From the NCBI GenBank assembly GCA_039797705.1, contig JBDKHK010000014.1, forward strand, positions 10,758 to 74,757: a stretch of 64,000 nucleotides of DNA, given 5' to 3'. The number at the start of each line of letters is the position of its first letter. Position 1 is the first letter of the stretch. The position numbers were made by a program, and so were the translations under genes. The stretch comes from Bacteroidota bacterium (lineage in GTDB: Bacteria > Bacteroidota > Bacteroidia > Chitinophagales > JADIYW01). This document shows, one piece after another, positions 1 to 8,921 of the stretch. The notes under the pieces were generated by a model. That model saw only the letters and a program-made list of their open reading frames with translations, did not search any database and was not told where the DNA came from.

Positions 1-1
1 G

Positions 2-385
2 GAAGATATTAAAAATGTATCTCAACGCATAGATAATATTGTTTATAAGAAATTTGGCTCTGTTTATTTTGAAGTAGATAAATCTGTATTGACAGATGAA
101 GCTAAAGCAAGCTTAGATGCATTCCGTTCTAAGTTGACAGATATGAAAGGAAACTATTTTATCTACTTAGCTGGAAATGCTTCTAAAGAAGGATCAGTAA
201 GTTACAATCAAGCATTATCTGCAAAACGTTGTGATGCGGTTAAACGTTACTTAGATGGAGGAGATATTTCTCAAAGAATATTATTAATGCCTTATGGTGC
301 TAATTCACCAGTAACTGATAGTCAAAAATCAGAAGAAGACAGAGCTAAAAATCGCCGAGTAGATATTTATCTAAGCGGGGAGTAA
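2..385 (+). CDS. OmpA-family protein, C-terminal OmpA-like domain (5' end outside window)
   Basis: The frame is open from the window edge to the stop. VYFEVDKSVL...NQALSAKRCDAVKRYL...RAKNRRVDIYL fits the OmpA_C peptidoglycan-binding pattern. A hairpin terminator follows. Confidence 0.8.
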   Translation, partial: EDIKNVSQRIDNIVYKKFGSVYFEVDKSVLTDEAKASLDAFRSKLTDMKGNYFIYLAGNASKEGSVSYNQALSAKRCDAVKRYLDGGDISQRILLMPYGANSPVTDSQKSEEDRAKNRRVDIYLSGE

Positions 386-406
386 TCTGTATCTTTTTTA
401 ATAAAA

Positions 407-437
407 ATAGCCTCCAATTGGAGGCTATTTTTATTTT
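407..437 (+). terminator. Rho-independent terminator
   Basis: Perfect 22-nt palindrome atagcctccaattggaggctat followed by ttttatttt. Confidence 0.75.
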
Positions 438-591
438 CATTTATAAAATTATTTATTCAGCATATTTTCTCGGTTTTTTTGTACTAATACTACACCATTT
501 GACCACTCTGATATAATTGCTGGAAGTCAATAAGATTCCACAATTTTGGTTTTGATATTTCAATTGTAGGTTCTGTTTCCAAACTTTTGGG

Positions 592-619
592 TATAAAAAA
601 ACCGACATAAAATGTCGGT
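592..619 (-). terminator. Rho-independent terminator after rplS
   Basis: 7-bp stem accgaca/tgtcggt with a 5-nt loop. A T6 run follows on the minus strand, about 23 nt after the rplS stop. Confidence 0.7.
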
Positions 620-642
620 TTCTATTTTTAAATCAGAATTGA

Positions 643-999
643 TTATTTTTTACTCTTAATATATTCTTTAATACGAGCAGCTTTACCTTTTAATTCTCTA
701 ATGTAAAATATTTTTGCTCTTCGTACTTTACCTATTTTATTAACTTCAATTTTGTCAATATTTGGAGATAATAAAGGGAATACTCTTTCTACCCCAACTC
801 CGTTAGAAATTTTACGAACTGTAAATGTTTGTGTTACACCTGTTCCTTTACGTTGAATAACATCACCACGGAATACCTGAATACGTTCTTTTGAACCTTC
901 TTTGATTTTGTAATGAACGTTTATGTTATCTCCTGCTTTGAAATCAGGAATATCTTTGGTTTCTGTCAATTTCTTCGTTAATTCTTTTACCTTTTCCAT
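643..999 (-). CDS. rplS: 50S ribosomal protein L19
   Basis: [28 protein letters not shown]...[22 protein letters not shown] is typical L19, and it is the last gene of the conserved rpsP-rimM-trmD-rplS order. I placed the start at MEKVKE (999) because a -7 promoter box lies inside the longer ORF that reaches 1050. Confidence 0.9.
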   Translation of the reverse strand: MEKVKELTKKLTETKDIPDFKAGDNINVHYKIKEGSKERIQVFRGDVIQRKGTGVTQTFTVRKISNGVGVERVFPLLSPNIDKIEVNKIGKVRRAKIFYIRELKGKAARIKEYIKSKK

Positions 1000-1020
1000 C
1001 TGCTTTAAGTTTAGCGTGTG

Positions 1021-1028
1021 CAAAGATA
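1021..1028 (-). promoter_or_regulatory. Bacteroidota -7 promoter box TATCTTTG (rplS)
   Basis: The minus strand reads TATCTTTG (TAnnTTTG consensus) 21 nt upstream of the ATG at 999. An ATTG lies 19 nt further upstream. The box is embedded in a 16-mer identical to the one upstream of rpsP. Confidence 0.5.
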
Positions 1029-1086
1029 CGGAGTTTTTTAAGAAAAACAATGTTATTTAATCGTTTTCTAAAATTCTATATTTAGT

Positions 1087-1767
1087 TTAATTATCAGTCA
1101 ATAAATCCGGACGGCGTGCTTTAGTACGTTCCAAAGATTGTTGATATCGCCATTCTTCAATTAATCGATCATTTCCAGATAATAATACATCTGGTACTTT
1201 CCATCCATTAAAATCGGATGGACGCGTATATACAGGTGGTGCTAATAAATTATCCTGAAATGAGTCAGTTAGTGCCGAAGTTTCATCGTTTAAAACACCA
1301 GGAATTAATCTGCCAATAGCATCTACTATTACTGCTGCCGCCAGTTCTCCACCAGAAAGCACATAACTTCCAATGGATATTTCTTTAGTGATAACATGCT
1401 CTCTAAGTCGATCATCAATTCCTTTATAATGTCCACAAAGTAAAATTAGATTTTGCTTTAGAGAAAGCATATTTACCATTTTTTGCTGTAATAATTCACC
1501 ATCAGGAGTTAAAAAAATGATTTCATCATATTTCCTCTCTTTTTGTAATGATTCGATGCATTTTATTATAGGTTCAATAGATAATACCATGCCTGCGCCT
1601 CCGCCAAATTGGTAATCATCTATTTGCTTGAATTTTTTAGAAGAGTAATCGTGGATATTATGCAGGTGTATTTCTAATAAACCTCTGTCTTTAGCGCGTT
1701 GTAATATGGAGTGTGCAAAGAAACTTTGCATCAAATCGGGAACGGCAGACAGGATATCAATGCGCAT
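1087..1767 (-). CDS. trmD: tRNA (guanine37-N1)-methyltransferase
   Basis: [11 protein letters not shown]...[13 protein letters not shown]...[12 protein letters not shown]...[14 protein letters not shown] is typical TrmD. I preferred the ATG at 1767 over the TTG at 1773. Confidence 0.93.
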   Translation of the reverse strand: MRIDILSAVPDLMQSFFAHSILQRAKDRGLLEIHLHNIHDYSSKKFKQIDDYQFGGGAGMVLSIEPIIKCIESLQKERKYDEIIFLTPDGELLQQKMVNMLSLKQNLILLCGHYKGIDDRLREHVITKEISIGSYVLSGGELAAAVIVDAIGRLIPGVLNDETSALTDSFQDNLLAPPVYTRPSDFNGWKVPDVLLSGNDRLIEEWRYQQSLERTKARRPDLLTDN

Positions 1768-1784
1768 AATCAAATTATTTTTTT

Positions 1785-1798
1785 AATTACGAATTACG
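1785..1798. repeat. Two tandem AATTACG heptamers
   Basis: aattacgaattacg lies between trmD and rimM. Read on the coding (minus) strand it is CGTAATT, the same unit as the 34454 array. Confidence 0.6.
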
Positions 1799-1835
1799 AA
1801 TTTCTTTTTTTAACAGCTCAATCTGGTATGTAAAC

Positions 1836-2333
1836 TTAAAAAACATCTAATAAACCATCTGGTAAATTCATGATAATTTGCTTTTTTTTCTCTTTTATTT
1901 CTACAATAAATTGATTGTTTAATGGAATAAGAATTTCTTTTGAGTCTTGTTTTATTTTTGCCAATATTTGAAATGGCATTTCTTGAATATCTTCAATAAT
2001 TCCTATTTTTCCGATAGCTTTGTCTTGCATTTCAAATCCAATCAAAAAATCATATTCAGCTTCCTCTAAAATTTCAGTAAGATTTTCTTTGTTGGTAAAA
2101 ATATCTTGTCCCTGTAGTTTTTGAGCTTTTTCTTTGGTGTCAATATCTTCTAGTAAAACAATAGCTTGGTTGTCTGTATTAATGTCTTTATGGGTAATGA
2201 AATAGGGGAGGTTTTGAATGAAAATTGCGGGTATTTCTTCAAAATCATCCATATAGAATTCGTCTATAAAGATTTTTAAATGACCTTTAAAGCCGTGTGT
2301 TTTTCCTACTTTTCCTATTTTTATCAATTCCAT
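1836..2333 (-). CDS. rimM: 16S rRNA processing protein RimM
   Basis: IGKVGKTHGFKGHLKIF N-terminus, plus its position between rpsP and trmD. Confidence 0.85.
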   Translation of the reverse strand: MELIKIGKVGKTHGFKGHLKIFIDEFYMDDFEEIPAIFIQNLPYFITHKDINTDNQAIVLLEDIDTKEKAQKLQGQDIFTNKENLTEILEEAEYDFLIGFEMQDKAIGKIGIIEDIQEMPFQILAKIKQDSKEILIPLNNQFIVEIKEKKKQIIMNLPDGLLDVF

Positions 2334-2338
2334 ATTCT

Positions 2339-2367
2339 ATAAAAAATCCCGACCTAAAAGTCGGGAT
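2339..2367 (-). terminator. Intra-operon hairpin/attenuator between rpsP and rimM
   Basis: 8-bp stem atcccgac/gtcgggat with a 6-nt loop. The T-run on the minus strand ends about 6 nt before the rimM ATG. Confidence 0.6.
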
Positions 2368-2392
2368 AAAATATCTTAAATTATAATAAAAA

Positions 2393-2893
2393 TTATTCTG
2401 CAGTTTCTGTGTTTTCAGATGCTTCTACAGCTGGAGCTTCTTCGACCGCTGGAGTTTCTTCTGCTGGAACTTCTTTTACTTTAGCTGGTGTATTTACAAC
2501 TGCTTCTAATGTTGCTTTTTTCTTAGCGTCAGCTTTTGCTTTGTGGTCAGAAATTTTACCTTCTTTCTTTTCTACCCATTCAGTAAATTTTGTTTCTACC
2601 TCTTCTGCTTTTACCACGCCTAATTGAACACCACGCAATAAATGTTTTTTGTACATAACACCTTTGAAAGATAGGATGTTTTTCACAGTTGCAGTTGGTT
2701 CAGCACCATTTTGTAACCATTTTACTGCTGTATCCACATCTAAAATAATAGTTGCAGGAACAGAGGTTGGATTGTAAGTACCTACTAATTCGATATACTT
2801 ACCGTCTCTTTTTGCACGGCTGTCTGCCGCTACAATTTTGTAGAATGGAGCACCTTTTGCACCATGTCTTTGAAGTCTTAATCTTGTTGCCAT
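2393..2893 (-). CDS. rpsP: 30S ribosomal protein S16 with long low-complexity C-terminal tail
   Basis: MATRLRLQRHGAKGAPFYKIVAADSRAKRDGKYIE is canonical S16. Roughly 80 extra residues rich in K/A/E/P/V follow it. Confidence 0.93.
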   Translation of the reverse strand: MATRLRLQRHGAKGAPFYKIVAADSRAKRDGKYIELVGTYNPTSVPATIILDVDTAVKWLQNGAEPTATVKNILSFKGVMYKKHLLRGVQLGVVKAEEVETKFTEWVEKKEGKISDHKAKADAKKKATLEAVVNTPAKVKEVPAEETPAVEEAPAVEASENTETAE

Positions 2894-2963
2894 ATAAAAA
2901 TATGTTTTAGTTTTTTAATTCCTGATTTGCTCAAAAGAGCGTTCAGGGTTTGAAAATCGTGTG

Positions 2964-2971
2964 CAAAGATA
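2964..2971 (-). promoter_or_regulatory. Bacteroidota -7 promoter box TATCTTTG (rpsP operon)
   Basis: The minus strand reads TATCTTTG about 70 nt upstream of the rpsP ATG, inside the 16-mer shared with the rplS promoter. Confidence 0.5.
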
Positions 2972-3064
2972 CGTTTTTACCGTAAATCCAGTGCTATTTT
3001 ACTTGTTATAAAATGATACAATATGTTATTTTATTGTAAAAAACTGATTGGATTGTGTATAATT

Positions 3065-3529
3065 CTATGATTTAATTACAACCTCTTTTGGTAAAAATTT
3101 ACTAGTGTCGCCATTTCCAATAATAATTTCCCTAACTATTGTCGAAGAAATAGCAGATAATTCCGGAGAGGATAGTATTAAAAAAGTATCTAATTCTGGC
3201 ATCATCATATTGTTGAGTTGTGCTATTGTCTTTTCATATTCAAAATCGGCAGATGATCGGATGCCGCGAATGATATATTTTATACCTCGTTGTTTACAAT
3301 AATTGATAGTAAGCCCTGTATAAGTTTCTACACTTACTTTGGGTTCTTTTTTAAATACCCTACGAATCCAATCCATTCTTTGCTCCAAAGGGAAAAGATA
3401 TTTTTTTTGTGTGTTTACTCCAATTGCTATTACAATTTCATCAAAAAGTGGCAAAGCTCTTTTTACTATATCTACATGACCTAACGTAATGGGATCAAAA
3501 GAACCGGGAAACATTGCTATTTTACTCAT
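3065..3529 (-). CDS. coaD: Phosphopantetheine adenylyltransferase
   Basis: FPGSFDPITLGHVDIV nucleotidyltransferase motif, ISSTIVREI near the C-terminus, and about 154 aa. Confidence 0.93.
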   Translation of the reverse strand: MSKIAMFPGSFDPITLGHVDIVKRALPLFDEIVIAIGVNTQKKYLFPLEQRMDWIRRVFKKEPKVSVETYTGLTINYCKQRGIKYIIRGIRSSADFEYEKTIAQLNNMMMPELDTFLILSSPELSAISSTIVREIIIGNGDTSKFLPKEVVIKS

Positions 3530-3561
3530 GGTTTAAAAGTACAAAATTTTTATAAATGAAT

Positions 3562-4512
3562 TTATACGGTTGCTAAATCTAAATATGGTGGAATATCTGC
3601 GGAGGAATGGTGTATGAATTTTTTTACTACTTTTCCATTGTGTACTAAAAATACTCCGGGCATTTGAAATACGTCGGCACCATCTGGGCTGGAGAGGTAT
3701 ATGCCTTTTGTAAAAAAAAGATATACGGCACGTAGCAATACTTTCCATCCCAATACCTGAGCGAGCGTACCTCTTTTTAATTTAAAGCCTTTATATAACA
3801 TAGATTCTGGGTCGGATATTCTGTCAATATCTGATAATTTATATTTCTTTAAATCTGCTGTTGCTTTTTCTTCGTTTTGCATGTGAATCAATACAAGTTT
3901 CGTTCCTTTGTTTTCAATGTCAGCACGTAGTTGTTGTATATATAATAATGTTTCTTTGCAAAAGGAGCATCCAAAATTTCTAAGAAAAACTATTAAGATT
4001 GGTTGTTTTTCGGATAAGTCTTTTAAGTTTTCACCATGGTTGGTTTCGTAAAAACTTAATAACTCTGATGCGTGAACATTGTTTAAACGAATGATTTCAT
4101 TGTCCAGTAAATATTGATGCCTGTAAGCATTATATAAAATAATAAAAAATGGAATTAGCCAAAAAATATGATTGGATAAAACCATGTGAAAAATTGCGGT
4201 GGGTTCTCCGCCTTTTAGATAAAAATATATAAAACCAATGGTTACAGATAGCTTACTGATAAATCCTAATAACACAATGCGCCAATGTCGTAATGGACTT
4301 GCAGCCGCCATTAAAAAACCAATTCCAAAAACAATTTCATATAACCCGATAAATTGCCATAACTGCATGTAGTTTGGATAAGAAAGCGAGCCTAAATCAA
4401 ACCAAAAACATGGAAAAAATACGACAGAAATTCCCCATAATATATGATATACTCCTGCAATATTTAATATGGCACTAAACCATGTTGTATTTCTAGAAAA
4501 TGTAATACTCAT
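3562..4512 (-). CDS. Membrane protein fused to a thioredoxin-fold (AhpC/TSA-like) domain
   Basis: The N-terminal half has about 4 hydrophobic helices. The C-terminal half has FLRNFGCSFCKE (CxxC) in a redoxin-like context. Confidence 0.6.
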   Translation of the reverse strand: MSITFSRNTTWFSAILNIAGVYHILWGISVVFFPCFWFDLGSLSYPNYMQLWQFIGLYEIVFGIGFLMAAASPLRHWRIVLLGFISKLSVTIGFIYFYLKGGEPTAIFHMVLSNHIFWLIPFFIILYNAYRHQYLLDNEIIRLNNVHASELLSFYETNHGENLKDLSEKQPILIVFLRNFGCSFCKETLLYIQQLRADIENKGTKLVLIHMQNEEKATADLKKYKLSDIDRISDPESMLYKGFKLKRGTLAQVLGWKVLLRAVYLFFTKGIYLSSPDGADVFQMPGVFLVHNGKVVKKFIHHSSADIPPYLDLATV

Positions 4513-4554
4513 TTTGTGTTATCAGCAATTAAACCAAAAATAAGCATGGAATGT

Positions 4555-5859
4555 TCAATGATTTTGTAAAAAGGAAATTAAATCTTGTAAGGTTAATTGA
4601 TGTTGTTCACTTTTTTGCATATTCTTTAAAGTAACCACTTGTTTCTCTATTTCTTCTTCTCCAATTATGCACATAAATGGAATGTTCTTTTTGTCACAAT
4701 AAGAAAATTGTTTTTTTAGTTTGGTGTCTTCTGGATAAAATTCGGTGTTGATATTTTGCTTACGCAATGCTGATACTAATTTTAAAGAAGCTTCTAATGT
4801 GTTTGCCCCAAAATTTCCCACTAATACTTTTGTAGATGTTTTTAAAGGTTCTAATAATTGAAGTTGTTGCATCGCTGTAAAAATTCTATCCAAGCCTAAA
4901 GAGGTGCCAACTGCTGGTAAGTCTTTTCCGCCAAATGAGGCAATTAATCCATTGTAACGCCCGCCACCATTGAGTGAGCCGATGTGGGGGTAGTCGGGTA
5001 ATTTTGTTTCAAAAATAGGACCAGTGTAATAATCTAATCCGCGAGCTAAAGAAATATCAAACGTATAGTTTTTATTTTCTATTTCTAATATCTCTAAATA
5101 GTTGAAAATTTCTTCGATTTCCTGTATGCCTTTTTGTGCAATTTCAATATCGTTTAATGTAATTTTTAATTGAGCCAAAGACATTTCGTTGCTAAATAAT
5201 GCATGTAATTTTTCAATTGAATCTGTAGGAATATTTTTTGAACTTAATTCTTTTGCTACTTCATTCCAAGGCATTTTATCTAATTTATCAATAGATGTAC
5301 ACACATCTCCCACAAAAGCGTCATCTAATCCTACGTATTGGGTGATGCCATTTAGAATTTTTCGACTGTTTATTTTTATTAAAAAATTTGGAATGTTTAA
5401 TGCGGATAATACTTCATACGTAATAGCGATTAATTCAGCTTCTATCAACATAGATTCAGCACCTACACAGTCCACATCACATTGATAAAATTCTCGAAAT
5501 CGTCCTTGGTGTGGTTGTGGTCTGTCGGCACGCCAAACTGGCTGCATTTGATAGCGTTTGAATGGGATGGGCAAATCGTTATTCATGGCTACCATGCGTG
5601 AGAATGGAACAGTTAAATCATAGTGTAAAGCAGCTTCATCTTTGGTGCCGGTTTTATAATTCAATTTATAAATCAAACGGTCGGCTTCTTCGCCATATTT
5701 TCCCGTGAGAATATCCAAATACTCAATAGCGGGCGTTTCTACTGGTGCATAGCCGTATTTTTTAAATGTCTTGCGCATAATCTCAAGAATACGCTCTCGA
5801 TGTAACATTTGCTCTGGTAAAAAATCTCTTGCTCCTTTAAATATTCTTGGTTGTATCAT
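4555..5859 (-). CDS. hisS: Histidine--tRNA ligase
   Basis: GARDFLPE, RYQMQPVWRADRPQ.GRFREFYQCD and GGGRYNGL are class II HisRS motifs. Confidence 0.95.
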   Translation of the reverse strand: MIQPRIFKGARDFLPEQMLHRERILEIMRKTFKKYGYAPVETPAIEYLDILTGKYGEEADRLIYKLNYKTGTKDEAALHYDLTVPFSRMVAMNNDLPIPFKRYQMQPVWRADRPQPHQGRFREFYQCDVDCVGAESMLIEAELIAITYEVLSALNIPNFLIKINSRKILNGITQYVGLDDAFVGDVCTSIDKLDKMPWNEVAKELSSKNIPTDSIEKLHALFSNEMSLAQLKITLNDIEIAQKGIQEIEEIFNYLEILEIENKNYTFDISLARGLDYYTGPIFETKLPDYPHIGSLNGGGRYNGLIASFGGKDLPAVGTSLGLDRIFTAMQQLQLLEPLKTSTKVLVGNFGANTLEASLKLVSALRKQNINTEFYPEDTKLKKQFSYCDKKNIPFMCIIGEEEIEKQVVTLKNMQKSEQHQLTLQDLISFLQNH

Positions 5860-5860
5860 T

Positions 5861-5951
5861 TTAATTTACGATTTACGATTTCTAACTTTTAATTTCTAAC
5901 TATTAACTATTAACTTCTAACTATTAACTATTAACTTTTAATTTCCAACTT
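5861..5951. repeat. Tandem heptamer array, about 13 in-phase units
   Basis: ttaattt acgattt acgattt ctaactt ttaattt ctaacta ttaacta ttaactt ctaacta ttaacta ttaactt ttaattt ccaactt fills the whole gap between the hisS start and the upstream gene's stop. Confidence 0.85.
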
Positions 5952-6491
5952 CTATTTCAATAAATAATTTACGGTGATTTCAGAATTAAAATCATTCATA
6001 AAAACAGCTTGTTGTTTGGCAATAATTTTGAAAGATTTTTTTGGATAATAAAATATATGTTGCTCGTTAGAAAATATAAATGTTCCCATTTTTTTTTCTA
6101 TTTCTATATAATAAATGCTGTCTGTTTGTGCTTTGTAAAATACAACCATATTTCGCACAGGAATTTTTGAAGAAGTAGCTAAATAGCTTATTTTACGGGG
6201 ATTTTCAGTTGTTTGTATTAAATATTTTCCTTTCCAACTCGGCTTATTAATATCGCAATTTATAATTGTTTCCAATTCTTTTTCCCAATGGACAGTATCT
6301 ATTTTTTTTGTTTCCGTAGCACCATTGATTAATACAGTTTTTTCCTCTCCAGCTTTTGTTTGTGCATTAATATCAATGTCATTTTGCACGATACTTGCTA
6401 AATCAAAATAAACTTTTTGTACTTTATCAGAAGAATCTTTTTGTTGAGTGCAAGCAGTCATAAAAAATAATACAATTAAAAAATATCGCAT
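5952..6491 (-). CDS. Hypothetical lipoprotein
   Basis: MRYFLIVLFFMTAC is a signal peptide with a lipobox Cys. I recognised no other motif. Confidence 0.6.
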   Translation of the reverse strand: MRYFLIVLFFMTACTQQKDSSDKVQKVYFDLASIVQNDIDINAQTKAGEEKTVLINGATETKKIDTVHWEKELETIINCDINKPSWKGKYLIQTTENPRKISYLATSSKIPVRNMVVFYKAQTDSIYYIEIEKKMGTFIFSNEQHIFYYPKKSFKIIAKQQAVFMNDFNSEITVNYLLK

Positions 6492-6502
6492 ACTGTGTTT
6501 TT

Positions 6503-8029
6503 TTAGAAAAGTGGCGTTCCGTCCATTGCTTTAGGAATTTCCAAATTCATTACTTTAAGAATAGAAGGCGCAATATCTGCCAGTTTGCCAGGTTGCATGG
6601 TTCCTTTGTAAAAATTACTGATAAAAAATAATGGAACTATATTTTTGGTGTGTGCTGTATTGGGCGAACCATCTGCATTTACAATATAATCCGCATTTCC
6701 ATGGTCAGCAGTTAAGAAAATAGCATAATCATTTTCCAGTGCTTTGGTCACAACTGCTTGCACGCAAGAGTCAACGGTTTCTGCTGCTTTTACGGCGGCA
6801 CTAAACACACCAGTATGCCCAACCATATCTGTATTGGCAAAATTTAAACAAATAAAATGTGGTGCTTTTTCTTCTATAAATTCTATAACTGCATTGCGTA
6901 TTTCACACGCACTCATTTCAGGTTGCAAATCATACGTGGCAACTTTTGGCGAAGGAATCATAATACGTTCTTCTCCTTCAAAATTCTCTTCTCGCCCTCC
7001 AGAAAAGAAAAAGGAAACATGCGGATATTTTTCTGTTTCTGCAATCCGCAATTGTGTCAACCCATTTTTTGATATTACTTCTCCTAATGAATTTTCGATA
7101 TTGTCTTTCCCAAAAATTGTTTTTATGTTTTGAAAAGTTGCATCATAAATTGTCATAGTTACATAATACAACGGAATCGTTTGCATGGATTGTTCCGGCA
7201 TATCTTTTTGTGTTAAAACCGTTGTAATTTCTCTGCATCTGTCTGTTCTAAAATTAAAACAAATAACTACATCGTCCTTTTGAATTGTAGTTAGTGGCTG
7301 ACCATCTGTATTTGTAATAACTATAGGTTTTATAAATTCATCTGTTATATCTTTTTCATAAGAGGCTTGGATGCCTGCAGTTGCGGAAGCATATTTTTCC
7401 CCAATTCCTTGCGTTAATAAATCATAAGCTACTTTGATGCGCTCCCAGCGTTTGTCTCTGTCCATGGCATAATAACGTCCGCAAACAGATGCAATTTTGG
7501 TAGAAGTAGCGGTACAATATTTTTCTAAATCTTCTATAAAATGTAATCCACTTTTGGGGTCGGTATCGCGACCGTCTGTAAAAACATGCACAAAACTATT
7601 TTGCACGCCGTTGTCTTTGGCATATTTTATTAAAGCTTTTAAATGGTTGGAATGAGAGTGAATACCACCATCTGATACCAAACCCATGAAATGAATATTT
7701 TTGTTGTTGGCATTTGCATATTTAAATGCTTCTAATAAAACCGTGTTTTCTGCTAATTCGCTTGTTTGAATTTTTCTATTGATGAGCATTAAATCTTGAT
7801 ATACGACTCTGCCCGCCCCAAGATTCATGTGTCCCACTTCCGAATTTCCCATTTGGTCTTCAGGCAATCCAACATATTCACCGTGTGTTAAAAGTCCGGT
7901 ATTCGGATAATTCAAGTATAAACTATCGGTAAACGGCGTATTGGCGGCTTCTATGGCACTGCTGGCAGGGTTGCGATTAATGCCCCAACCGTCCATAATT
8001 ATCAACATTGCTTTTTGTTGTGTACTCAC
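6503..8029 (-). CDS. gpmI: 2,3-bisphosphoglycerate-independent phosphoglycerate mutase
   Basis: LIIMDGWG, MGNSEVGHMNLGAGR, GLVSDGGIHSH and TADHGNA are iPGM motifs. The start is uncertain: GTG at 8029 gives a family-typical N-terminus, and ATG at 8089 is the longest ORF. Confidence 0.9.
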   Translation of the reverse strand: MSTQQKAMLIIMDGWGINRNPASSAIEAANTPFTDSLYLNYPNTGLLTHGEYVGLPEDQMGNSEVGHMNLGAGRVVYQDLMLINRKIQTSELAENTVLLEAFKYANANNKNIHFMGLVSDGGIHSHSNHLKALIKYAKDNGVQNSFVHVFTDGRDTDPKSGLHFIEDLEKYCTATSTKIASVCGRYYAMDRDKRWERIKVAYDLLTQGIGEKYASATAGIQASYEKDITDEFIKPIVITNTDGQPLTTIQKDDVVICFNFRTDRCREITTVLTQKDMPEQSMQTIPLYYVTMTIYDATFQNIKTIFGKDNIENSLGEVISKNGLTQLRIAETEKYPHVSFFFSGGREENFEGEERIMIPSPKVATYDLQPEMSACEIRNAVIEFIEEKAPHFICLNFANTDMVGHTGVFSAAVKAAETVDSCVQAVVTKALENDYAIFLTADHGNADYIVNADGSPNTAHTKNIVPLFFISNFYKGTMQPGKLADIAPSILKVMNLEIPKAMDGTPLF

Positions 8030-8113
8030 TTTGTTAATTTTTATTAAAAAAAAACTATTTTTAGCCTCTGTTTGGCACAGATTGTGCAATAGAATACACG
8101 AAAATACGACTTT

Positions 8114-8506
8114 ATGAAGGTTTTGAAGCCTATAAGATTGTTTATATTATGTTTACTTTTTTCATCCATGACCTATGGGCAAGAAATAGTGAGCAATATT
8201 CCGTCTGCTATCAAATTAGCAAATGCCTCGGTATTGGCTAAAAATTTTGATAAAAGAGTAGATATTACCATCAATGAAAGCGCAGATAATTATAGCCGCG
8301 AACAAGGTGAAATTATTATAAAGAATTTCTTGAATAAATTCTCCTCCCGAGATTTCTCGGTAGTGCACAAAGGAAATTCTCCTGATGGTTCACAATATTT
8401 AATTGGCAGTTTTAAAACCAATGCTGGCAATTTTAGAACTTATTTCTATATCAAAAAATCAGATACTGGAAATTTTATTCAGGAAATTAGATTTGAGAAA
8501 GAATAG
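8114..8506 (+). CDS. DUF4783-like secreted protein
   Basis: Signal peptide, then IKLANASVLAKNFDKRVDITI...YSREQGEIIIKNFL...FIQEIRFEKE. This matches my memory of the Bacteroidota DUF4783 family. Confidence 0.6.
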   Translation: MKVLKPIRLFILCLLFSSMTYGQEIVSNIPSAIKLANASVLAKNFDKRVDITINESADNYSREQGEIIIKNFLNKFSSRDFSVVHKGNSPDGSQYLIGSFKTNAGNFRTYFYIKKSDTGNFIQEIRFEKE

Positions 8507-8899
8507 GGAGGCTTTTACAAATAGCATGTCTTCAAGGTTTACCATTTGCACTTATTTTTCCGTCAACTTCTCTATAATTTTTGCAAGGCGTACATTCTCT
8601 TCTTGTAATTAAGTCAGTTGCTCAGTTATCTTTTTCAGCAAGTCTTTGTTTTTTCTCTTAGATTTTCAATTTAGCCGTAAGTATTATTATATACATTAAA
8701 GATATTCAAATCATCTATCAGTAAATTTTCTTCGGGAACTTCCAGGATATCGGCAATTTCTTTTCTATTTTCACAATACAAAATAAAAATTTGACGACCA
8801 ACAACTCTCAAATGCTAAAACCATTTATACTATGCTTTATAGCCCATAATTAAAATCGTGTGCTATAAAAAATGAAATTAATTAAAAAAAAGAATGTTG

Positions 8900-8921
8900 T
8901 ATATTTGTAATGTACCATTAC
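8900..8921 (+). promoter_or_regulatory. -7 box TATATTTG plus overlapping inverted repeat (candidate TA operator)
   Basis: TATATTTG at 8900-8907 is followed directly by GTAATG-tac-CATTAC (8907-8921), which covers the predicted transcription start 8 nt before the antitoxin ATG. Confidence 0.45.

Noticed and set aside
1000-1050. Longer rplS ORF starting at 1050 ([17 protein letters not shown]...).
   Set aside because: The extension contains the TATCTTTG promoter box and has no L19-like sequence. The start at 999 gives a normal L19 of about 118 aa.
2393-2640. The long K/A/E/P-rich C-terminal extension of S16 as a novel fusion.
   Set aside because: Extended S16 tails are, to my knowledge, a common feature of Bacteroidota rpsP genes. 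I noted it in the feature call only.
3533-3748. 71-aa ORF overlapping the 3' end of the redoxin-fusion gene.
   Set aside because: It lies on the same strand in a different frame within a well-supported longer ORF, and it has an Arg/Ser-rich composition unlike real proteins here.
8403-8612. 69-aa ORF spanning the end of the DUF4783 gene.
   Set aside because: It is out of frame with and overlapping a better-supported gene, and the remainder falls in the remnant region.
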